DNA of 43,664 bases. Source: Escherichia phage Fraca. Position 1 is the stretch's first letter, and every line of letters begins with the position of its first letter. The notes beneath the pieces are model-generated. The model saw only the letters and a program-made list of their open reading frames with translations, was not told the origin of the DNA and did not search any database. The stretch is taken from sequence record LR597645; one strand, written 5' to 3'. Positions 36,332 to 43,664 of this stretch are shown in pieces. The translations under genes were made by a program, and so were the position numbers.

Positions 36332-36354
36332 GCCTCGCAATAGCGGGGCTTTTT
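36332..36354 (+). terminator. Terminator hairpin, copy 2 of the duplicated element
   Basis: GCCTCGCAATAGCGGGGC followed by T5; near-identical to 36052-36074. Confidence 0.6.
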
Positions 36355-36381
36355 ATTACCAGAAGAAGCAGGAGAAGAAGC

Positions 36382-36609
36382 ATGTTAACAGTAAAAGTAA
36401 TGTCGCCTGGCGGCGGCGAAGAGATTCATTGTGGTCTGAGTGTGGGTTTCAATCCGGCGCAGCAGAGTATCGCCGTGTCCGGTATGGACAAAAATGTTTT
36501 CCTGAAACCCGGTGAGGTTGCCTACGTGATGAACCAGAACGGGAAGACGGTATCTCGTTACGAGCATATCGCGCGTCAGGAAGTGCTGCATAATGCGGTG
36601 GAATCGTAG
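36382..36609 (+). CDS. Hypothetical protein
   Basis: 75 aa; GGAGAAG RBS. Confidence 0.5.
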   Translation: MLTVKVMSPGGGEEIHCGLSVGFNPAQQSIAVSGMDKNVFLKPGEVAYVMNQNGKTVSRYEHIARQEVLHNAVES

Positions 36610-36699
36610 CCATTACAAAGCTCACCTGCTGGTGGGCTTGATAATGGTTATCCCAACGAGCGGATAAGACAATCAACATACCCACCAGAGGATTAGAGC

Positions 36700-36894
36700 A
36701 TGGCAAGCATGCCAATGTCCGTTCATCACGAAGGGAAAGACTGGTACCCGTTCTCTGTTAACTTTTCCGATGCAGATGGGCGTTCTTTCTCCTTCACTAT
36801 ATACGCCGTAAACCGTGAGCATGCCTCCTATATTGTCCAGGAGATACGCGAGACGGCTACTCTCGGCGATCAGATTGACAGCATCGTCAAATAG
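36700..36894 (+). CDS. Hypothetical protein
   Basis: 64 aa ORF. Confidence 0.4.
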   Translation: MASMPMSVHHEGKDWYPFSVNFSDADGRSFSFTIYAVNREHASYIVQEIRETATLGDQIDSIVK

Positions 36895-37015
36895 CCAACC
36901 TTGAGCGCATCGCACGCGCACATCAAAGAAAGTCTTTCAGCTGTGAGCCTGGGCAAACCGTTAACTTTAGGCGGCTTTGCCGTGCGACAGGCTCACGCCT
37001 AAAAGGAAACACCAA

Positions 37016-37858
37016 ATGAAACATTTACCACTTAAAGCCGTTATGACAGGGCTGGAAATCATCGAAACTGATGAAGGTTGTGAGCTGCACAGTCCAGCTG
37101 GCGAGGCGAAATACGATGCATGGGGTGCCCGCCGTGAAGTGAACGGCATACCGGAATACTTCCCGTTATCGATTTCAATGAAAAAGCGTGTACCTGCTGC
37201 AACAGACGTTAAAAAGGCTGAGAACATTACTTTATCCGGCGCTGCGACGGATGTTCTGTATTCGCTGTTCTTTCGTGGTGCATTGCAATGCGCTGAGCTG
37301 CCATCTAAATCTGGTGCTGCTGAGCTTCGCGAACTGGGGTTCGCGGTAACCCGATATACAGCGACGGAATATCTGAAGGAAAGTTATTTCACCTTCCTGA
37401 CCGCTGAAGGGCAGGAATTTGCCATTAAGCACCTGGCAGATACGCGCTTTGGTAAGCCGGTTGATAAACAGTATCGCGGCGCAATCACTATTGGCGTTGA
37501 GCTGGACACCTCAGACGTACAAAAAGCTATTGATGAGATGGACGAAAAAATCCGTAACAGCGAGGCATTCAAGATCCTTAAAGATGGCTGGAAGCATGAA
37601 AAAAACGGAACGATGATTATTAATAAAGGCCAGGTGTTCATTCGCGATGAGAAGAGTGCAGTAACCGTTCGCGTCGGTAAATTTGGTATTCATAGCGGCG
37701 TCGATATAAACCTTGATGAAATCATAAAAAACGCCCTAGCTTCTGATGCCGCTATTCAGCAAATCAGAAAGGATATTGCAACGGTTGTGGAAGATGAGAT
37801 TGCCAAAAAGCTTAAGCCCGGTGGCACAATATGGGATTGCTTACGACGTGGATTCTGA
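37016..37858 (+). CDS. Hypothetical protein upstream of the glycosyltransferase
   Basis: 280 aa from ATG at 37016; AAGGAAA RBS; no recognisable motif. Confidence 0.55.
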   Translation: MKHLPLKAVMTGLEIIETDEGCELHSPAGEAKYDAWGARREVNGIPEYFPLSISMKKRVPAATDVKKAENITLSGAATDVLYSLFFRGALQCAELPSKSGAAELRELGFAVTRYTATEYLKESYFTFLTAEGQEFAIKHLADTRFGKPVDKQYRGAITIGVELDTSDVQKAIDEMDEKIRNSEAFKILKDGWKHEKNGTMIINKGQVFIRDEKSAVTVRVGKFGIHSGVDINLDEIIKNALASDAAIQQIRKDIATVVEDEIAKKLKPGGTIWDCLRRGF

Positions 37859-37869
37859 CGGGAGGTTTT

Positions 37870-39327
37870 ATGCAGGTCACTATTGATGGTGTCCCGTTTG
37901 TTCCTGCGTGTGCTTCAGCGTCACGGGTTGGCATTGCCATTACTACCCACAATAGGCCAGACGTTTTAAAGCGCGCCATTGAGCAGCACATGAAACATCT
38001 GCCAGCCGGTGCGCTGGTGGTTGTTATCGATGATGGTTCCTACCCTGCAGCAGTAGTGCCTGACGGCGTGCAGCTGCTTCGCCATGAAAAATCACTCGGC
38101 ATTGTTGCCTCGAAGAACGCCAGCCTGTCAGCCCTGATGGATGCCGGGTGCGAGCATCTTTTTCTGTGGGATGATGATGCATGGCCCATCGCCGATAACT
38201 GGCACCTCCCTTACATCGAATCACCTGAGCCACACCTGGCTTACCAGTTTCTCGATCTGGCTGGCCGCAACAAGCTGAATGACCTTTCGGTGCTTTACCG
38301 TGATGATAAGCATGTTGCTTACACCGGGCAGCGTGGCGTGATGCTTTACTACCACCGCAGTGCCATTGAGAAGGTTGGAGGATTCGATCCGGTATATGGT
38401 CGCGGCATGTACGAACACAGCGACCTCGCCCTGCGCATTCATAACGCTGGATTGACTACGTGGTCTTATGCCGATGTGACTGATTCAGAAAAGCTGATTC
38501 ATTCTCTCGATGAGCATGAGGCCGTGGAGCGTTCGGTACCGAAACCAGACCGTCAGGCGCTGGTGGAACGTAACGTAAAAATCCACAACGAACGGCGTGA
38601 TACCGGGTTTACCGGTTATGTGGAGTACCGGCGGCAACGCGATGTGGTAATCACTACGCTACTGACCAGTCAGCCAGATCCGCAGCGTGGTACCAGACTG
38701 AAGCCAGAGCAGGCGCTTATTGCGAAATGGGTCGCATCTATCAAAGGCGGCGAAGCGGTAATTCTCGCTGACGAGTTTGAATATTCTCCACCGGGCCAGC
38801 TTACGGTGCGTGTGCCTGCGGTCGATATGAACGTGTATTTCCGCCGCTGGCTGCATATCTGGCAGCACCTGCGTGATCATCCTGAATACCGGTTCGTCTG
38901 GTGTACCGATGGAACCGATGTCGAAATGCTTCGCGCGCCGTGGGAAGAAATGGAAGCCGGAAAGGTGTATGTCGGTTCAGAACCAAAGACCTACGCCGAT
39001 ACCTGGGCAAAGCAGAATCATCCGGAGCGCATCTATCAGGAGTTCATTGAAGCGCACCGAAACGATGTAATGCTTAACGCTGGGCTGCTGGGTGGTACCC
39101 GCGCTGATGTGATGGCGTTCGCCCACGGAATTATTCGCCTTTACTACCGGATCGAGAGTTATCGTTTCTGGAAGAAAGAACAGGCTGGCACCGCGGTGGG
39201 GGATATGATCGCTTTTGGCATTGTCGCTAAGTCTTTTGGCGATCGCATTGTCACCGGCCCGCGCATCCACACAGTTTTTAAGACTGATGGTATTGGCAAA
39301 GAATGCGCTTGGTTTAAACACAAATAG
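37870..39327 (+). CDS. Glycosyltransferase family 2 (GT-A fold) protein with extra C-terminal domain
   Basis: ATG at 37870 with GGAGG RBS; GT2-like motifs GIAITTHNRP, VIDDGS and WDDDAW; about 250 aa C-terminal extension. Confidence 0.7.
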   Translation: MQVTIDGVPFVPACASASRVGIAITTHNRPDVLKRAIEQHMKHLPAGALVVVIDDGSYPAAVVPDGVQLLRHEKSLGIVASKNASLSALMDAGCEHLFLWDDDAWPIADNWHLPYIESPEPHLAYQFLDLAGRNKLNDLSVLYRDDKHVAYTGQRGVMLYYHRSAIEKVGGFDPVYGRGMYEHSDLALRIHNAGLTTWSYADVTDSEKLIHSLDEHEAVERSVPKPDRQALVERNVKIHNERRDTGFTGYVEYRRQRDVVITTLLTSQPDPQRGTRLKPEQALIAKWVASIKGGEAVILADEFEYSPPGQLTVRVPAVDMNVYFRRWLHIWQHLRDHPEYRFVWCTDGTDVEMLRAPWEEMEAGKVYVGSEPKTYADTWAKQNHPERIYQEFIEAHRNDVMLNAGLLGGTRADVMAFAHGIIRLYYRIESYRFWKKEQAGTAVGDMIAFGIVAKSFGDRIVTGPRIHTVFKTDGIGKECAWFKHK

Positions 39328-39333
39328 GCTGAT

Positions 39334-39843
39334 ATGAAAAAGACCAGAACTTTCAGTGAAAGATTCTGGGAAAAGGTCGTTGTTGCCTCTCCAGATGAAT
39401 GCTGGATCTGGAATGCGGCTAAGAGAAAGAGTCCTATAGGCGGTGGGAAGTATTTATTTTACGGGCATTTGAAAGCTGGAGTTACTGCTGGCGGGCCTGG
39501 AAAGATGATTCTTGCACACAGAGCTTCATGGGAACTTTGCAACGGACCTATCCCAGACGGATATTTGATTGACCATACCTGCCATAACACTCTTTGCGTC
39601 AACCCAAAACATCTTCGAATAGCAACACCAAAACAAAACGCTGAAAACAGGCATCGTCACTCCTCTGCGTCAGGATTTCGTGGCGTTACTTGGAATCGGG
39701 ATATGAAGAAATGGTGTGCTCACTATAAAGAGCATGGTACCCGTCATCACCTTGGTTACTTTGACTGTAAGCATGAAGCCGCTGAGGTTGCACGACGAGC
39801 CCGTAATAAGGTGTTTACCCATAATGATGCTGACAGATATTAA
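39334..39843 (+). CDS. HNH endonuclease with AP2-like DNA-binding domain
   Basis: 169 aa; HNH-like region around IDHTCHNTLCVNPKHLRIATPKQN; AP2-like FRGVTWNRDMKKWCAHYKEHGTRHHLGYF. Confidence 0.7.
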   Translation: MKKTRTFSERFWEKVVVASPDECWIWNAAKRKSPIGGGKYLFYGHLKAGVTAGGPGKMILAHRASWELCNGPIPDGYLIDHTCHNTLCVNPKHLRIATPKQNAENRHRHSSASGFRGVTWNRDMKKWCAHYKEHGTRHHLGYFDCKHEAAEVARRARNKVFTHNDADRY

Positions 39844-40414
39844 GTTTGTGGTGGTCGGTCATGTCTCTCGCATAGGTCATGCACAACGTCTTGCTGCGCT
39901 GCTGGATGCTCATCTGCTTATTGATGACGGTAACCACGGTGCGAACTGGAATCACCGCCGCGCGCTTGAGTGGGCAGCAGAACAAACCTGCCGGGTAGTT
40001 GTTGTTGAAGATGATGCGATGCCAGTGGACTTGTTCTTCACTTCAGTCACGAGCTGGCTTAACCGCTTCCCGGAATCTCTGGTGAGTTTTTACCTGGGCA
40101 CTGGCCGACCACCACAGTATCAGATGCAGGTAGCCGAACGTCTGATAGTTGCTGATAAGACTCAGGCTGACTACATCACACTGCCGCGGCTGATACACGG
40201 CGTTTGTTATAGCGTACCTTCTCAGCATATTGAACGAGTCCTTTCTCGATGGGACAGCAGCAAGCCCGCCGATTACGCTGTGGGTGATGCCTGGGGCGGT
40301 TCAGTGGTCTATCCGTGTTACTCGCTGGTGGATCATGCTGATGGTGAGCCTGTTGAGCGTCACCCTGATTCAGCGCAACGAACAGAACGCCGTCGAGCGT
40401 GGAGGTTAGCCTGA
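39824..40414 (+). CDS. Hypothetical protein, possibly nucleotide-sugar transferase-like (start uncertain)
   Basis: ATG at 39824 or 39827; VVVGHV...LLIDDG and VVVVEDDAMP resemble a GT-A-like Rossmann core. Confidence 0.4.
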   Translation: MMLTDIKFVVVGHVSRIGHAQRLAALLDAHLLIDDGNHGANWNHRRALEWAAEQTCRVVVVEDDAMPVDLFFTSVTSWLNRFPESLVSFYLGTGRPPQYQMQVAERLIVADKTQADYITLPRLIHGVCYSVPSQHIERVLSRWDSSKPADYAVGDAWGGSVVYPCYSLVDHADGEPVERHPDSAQRTERRRAWRLA

Positions 40415-40770
40415 TGCCTGCGTTAATACCGAGAGCATGCCGCAAGCGTGGCTGTCCTGGCACAACCACAGACCGCTCAGGCTATTGCCCCAAACACCTT
40501 AACGAAGGCTGGCAGCAGCATCAGCGGGGACAGAGCAGGCATCAGCGCGGTTATGGCAGTAAGTGGGACAGGCTGCGCCCAATCGTTCTCGACAGAGATA
40601 AACACCTTTGTCAGGAATGCCTGCGAAATGGAAGGTATACACCCGCTGAGACGGTGGACCACATAAAGCCGAAAGCTCACGGTGGCACTGACGATCTTTC
40701 TAATCTGGAATCAATTTGCCGCGGCTGCCATAAAGCTAAGACAGCACGCGAGCGCCTGAACAGAAATTAA
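40414..40770 (+). CDS. HNH endonuclease (HK97 gp74-like)
   Basis: ATG at 40414 with GGAGG RBS; Cys pairs and HIKPKAHGG...CRGCH HNH motif. Confidence 0.7.
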   Translation: MPALIPRACRKRGCPGTTTDRSGYCPKHLNEGWQQHQRGQSRHQRGYGSKWDRLRPIVLDRDKHLCQECLRNGRYTPAETVDHIKPKAHGGTDDLSNLESICRGCHKAKTARERLNRN

Positions 40771-40964
40771 GGGGTATTCGGAAAAGAGTGTGTACAGATC
40801 TTAGGTGTAGGTATAGAATCTAGTTGTTGCGATTCGGATTATAGTGAGTATCAGCAACATGAAAAAGGGCCGGGTGGCCGCTACCAACGAACCCACCCAG
40901 CCCAGCCAGTGGAACGAGTTAACCACTGGCTATGTGATTAGACCAAAAACGAGGAGAGTTGAGA

Positions 40965-41231
40965 ATGAATAGCCATCTAAAAGTTGAGCTTAACGCCACC
41001 AAGTTAGTTATCTCTATAGGCAAAGAAACTCTGTTACATGCTATTGAAACAGGTCGGTCTTATGGCCTTGGTGACATCAAAATCACAGACAAAGAGCTGT
41101 TTCTTGAAGAGGTTGTTCGTGAGCTCAACGCTGAGAGTGAGGATGGATCCACCCTAATACATGAGGCACTTGACCAAGCGGTTAGTAACGCACTTGATAA
41201 TGGCGCTGATGGCGTTGAATACGATGATTAA
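40965..41231 (+). CDS. Hypothetical acidic protein
   Basis: ATG at 40965 with GAGGAGAG RBS. Confidence 0.45.
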   Translation: MNSHLKVELNATKLVISIGKETLLHAIETGRSYGLGDIKITDKELFLEEVVRELNAESEDGSTLIHEALDQAVSNALDNGADGVEYDD

Positions 41232-41246
41232 TAGGGGGGAGGCGTG

Positions 41247-41465
41247 ATGATTACGTTAAGCGGTAAAGACTTGATGGAGCTACTTGATTACATCAGCCCA
41301 GACCGAGAGAGCGACCCTGAGCAGCTGGAGACTGAGGTAAGCGTCATCAAGATGGACAAGACGTTTGCCTCTAGCGAGGGGGATATCAGGCCGGCAGGTG
41401 TGTACGCATATCTGACAGAGTACCCTGAAGAAGGGCTTTATGGCCCGATTGGATCAGTTGAATAA
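41247..41465 (+). CDS. Hypothetical acidic protein
   Basis: ATG at 41247 with GGGGGAGG RBS. Confidence 0.45.
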   Translation: MITLSGKDLMELLDYISPDRESDPEQLETEVSVIKMDKTFASSEGDIRPAGVYAYLTEYPEEGLYGPIGSVE

Positions 41466-41477
41466 GCCGGGGGAACG

Positions 41478-42791
41478 TTGCTCAACCTACCAAATGTTGT
41501 GATTACCGGCAGGGATGAGGATGAGGAGAGTTACCTCATCCATGCCGAATCAGAAGCCACAGTCAGGTTGTGCCCTGGCTGTGGCTCTTTCAATTCCGTG
41601 GTGATCGGGAGCCGTAATCAGCCGTTCGTAGACACGCAGATGCATGCCAAGACGGTGCGGATCCTATTCACCCGCAAGCGCCTTAAGTGCAAGGACTGCG
41701 GAAAGACCTACTTTGAGCTGCTTGAGTGGCTACATGAGGACTTCCGCATGCCAACCCGCACCGTTGACTACATCATCAAGCGAGCGGCCAGAGTGCCGTT
41801 CCTGAGCGTAGCCAGCGAGCTGGGCGTTGATGAGAAGACCGTGCGCAACGTGTTCGCCAACTATGTGGAGTTCATCGAGAGCAAACACGACTGGCAGGCT
41901 CCGAGGGTACTCGGGATCGATGAAACACATTTCAGCCAAAAGATGCATCTAGTCCTGACGGATATCGAGCGAAAGACCCTGCTCGACCTCCGGCGAGACC
42001 GCTCTCAAGAGGCAGCCAAAAGCGCCATCGTTCGCCTTCGTGGATGGGCGGGCATTGAGATTGTCTGCATGGATATGTGGCGACCGTACAGGAACGCAGT
42101 GCGTGACATCCTGCCCAATGCAGTGGTTGTCATCGACAGGTTCCACGTTGCCAGGATGGCGAACGAGGCAATGGAGGCGGCCCGCAAGGGCCTGCGAGCA
42201 TCACTATCGAAGAAGGAGCGGATCAGGTTGAAGGATGACCGCAAGATACTGCTCAAGCGCCGAGACAACATCACCGGACTGAATGAGCTCGCCAGCTTCC
42301 ATTTCTGGACTGAGGAATATCCAGAGCTGATGTCTGTCTATAACGCCAAAGAGGCGTTCCTAGACCTGTGGCTCATGCCTACCAGGGACGATGCAATGGA
42401 GTATTGGGAGAACTGGCTGCGTATCACTGACAGCGAAACCAAGAAGCATTTCTCCCAGGCGGTCACGGCAATGAGGAACTGGCATGAGGAGATCTTCAAC
42501 TGGTGGGACTTCCGGTACACGAACGCGCTGACTGAAAGCCTGAACAACCTGATCAAGGCAGCTTTCAGATCTGGTCGTGGTTACAGTTTTGAGGTGCTCA
42601 GGGCCAAGCTGTTGTTCACGAAAGGGGGTCTTGAGACCACCGCAGAATCTCTCAACAAGCCGAGACCAGAACCCACTGAGATGATCCTGATCGAGGAGCC
42701 TGAGCTGTTTCTCCATGGCACCAGAATTGACATGCCAGTGCTTGCTTTTGATCTGGTTGCGGATCATACAGATACACACAACCAGAGTTGA
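41478..42791 (+). mobile_element. ISL3-family transposase gene (IS element or remnant; element ends not identified)
   Basis: 437 aa; N-terminal zinc ribbon CPGCGS...CKDCGK; DDE region with GIDETHF and VVVIDRFHV; TTG or GTG start. Confidence 0.7.
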
Positions 42792-42799
42792 TCTGATAA

Positions 42800-42833
42800 G
42801 AGCATTGATTTGATTGATATTTAATCAATGCTC
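42800..42833. repeat. Perfect 11-bp inverted repeat hairpin just after the transposase gene
   Basis: GAGCATTGATT-N12-AATCAATGCTC. Confidence 0.8.
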
Positions 42834-42872
42834 ACTCTAATCCGCATACCCAAATTAAGTAACGAGGTGAAG

Positions 42873-43523
42873 ATGACTGAATCGAAACATGGTTCAGGGC
42901 TTCCGCACGCCCATGCTGCCTGCATTGTGGATGGATGCGAATTATCGGTACGATCCCGTAACAGCCACTACTGTGAAAAGCATTACATGCGCGTCCGGCG
43001 TCATGGAACGACAGAGAAGCTCAGCACAAGAAAGGATGGCAAGCTGGAGCACACTGGCGGATATCTGCTGGTGTATGCGCCCGATCATCCTTTGGCATGT
43101 GGGAGTCCTCGTGTTTACGAGCACCGGAAAGTCTATTACGACAAACATGGGGCTGGACCGTTCCGTTGTCACTGGTGTGCAAAAACCGTTGGCTGGGACA
43201 CCCTTCACATCGACCACCTCGATGACTGTAAGACCAATAACGAGCCTGACAATCTTGTGCCAAGTTGCCCTGTGTGCAATCAGAAGCGAGGCGTAGACAA
43301 GATGAGAAAGACAATGCGAGAGAACTCCGACCGCAGATATACCGCTCACGGCAAGACGATGTGTCTTAACGAATGGGCGGATTACCTGGGTATTTCGAGA
43401 AACTCCATTGAGTATCGACTGAAGGCAGGCTGGGACATCAGTAAGGTGTTCAGCCCTCGCATTGGTAACAGTGGTCCCCCGAGCCGGAAACTGGCGAAAA
43501 TCGTGCATGAGTCGGTTAAATGA
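42873..43523 (+). CDS. HNH endonuclease adjacent to the terminase
   Basis: ATG at 42873 with GAGGTGA RBS; HNH motif CHWCAKTVGWDTLHIDHLDD...CPVCNQKRG. Confidence 0.7.
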   Translation: MTESKHGSGLPHAHAACIVDGCELSVRSRNSHYCEKHYMRVRRHGTTEKLSTRKDGKLEHTGGYLLVYAPDHPLACGSPRVYEHRKVYYDKHGAGPFRCHWCAKTVGWDTLHIDHLDDCKTNNEPDNLVPSCPVCNQKRGVDKMRKTMRENSDRRYTAHGKTMCLNEWADYLGISRNSIEYRLKAGWDISKVFSPRIGNSGPPSRKLAKIVHESVK

Positions 43524-43664
43524 TATCTGCTCTCATTTGCGCGGTCTTGGGGAGGGCGGGTAAAAACCTCAGGGAAATCACCCTAAAGGACCGCCGCCTA
43601 ACCTCTTTTCACATCGCCGCAGGTTAGAAAACTTTTTTTAGGGGTCCCCCACTCGATGATTAAT
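43524..43664. other. Non-coding packaging (cos/pac) region continuing into 188-201 upstream of terS
   Basis: Non-coding stretch between the HNH and small terminase genes with GGGGTCCCCC palindrome and T7 tract; exact site undetermined. Confidence 0.4.

Noticed and set aside
42800-42833. 11-bp inverted repeat as a terminal inverted repeat of the ISL3 element
   Set aside because: Both arms lie on the same side of the transposase gene and no matching repeat was found upstream; more likely a hairpin or terminator

Overview
The window is essentially one complete lambdoid siphovirus genome of about 43.5 kb in its free (attP-intact) form, with a small assembly-type redundancy at the left end. All calls are made by reading the sequence and the supplied ORF track; no searches were run, so family assignments rest on recognised motifs and gene order. 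Layout on the + strand: small and large terminase, HK97-type portal, ClpP-like prohead protease and major capsid protein, head-tail joining genes, major tail protein, G/G-T chaperone with a canonical GGGAAAG -1 frameshift site, tape measure, lambda-like M-L-K-I-J tail tip genes (two lipoprotein morons sit between K and I), two paralogous unknowns, a third lipoprotein, and a tail fibre with a C-terminal S74-type chaperone domain. A minus-strand block follows: DinI-like gene, attP candidate, integrase, excisionase, and a leftward early operon (ORF6N-like protein, an ATGA-coupled five-gene chain ending in an SPFH lipoprotein, and an AT-rich island of small acidic genes). Then the immunity region (OL, cI, OR, cro), replication genes (initiator-like protein, Toprim primase-helicase), a Q-like antiterminator, a long terminator-rich leader, a pinholin / SAR-endolysin / Rz-Rz1 lysis cassette, and a late cargo cluster (small unknowns, a GT2 glycosyltransferase, a second GT-A-like protein, two HNH endonucleases), an ISL3-family transposase, a terminase-adjacent HNH endonuclease and the cos/pac region. 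Best candidates for an undescribed system: the late-operon glycosyltransferase cluster (37016-40414), the translationally coupled SPFH operon (25009-27059) and the AT-rich PL-proximal island (27196-28007). No tRNA, rRNA or CRISPR array was found.
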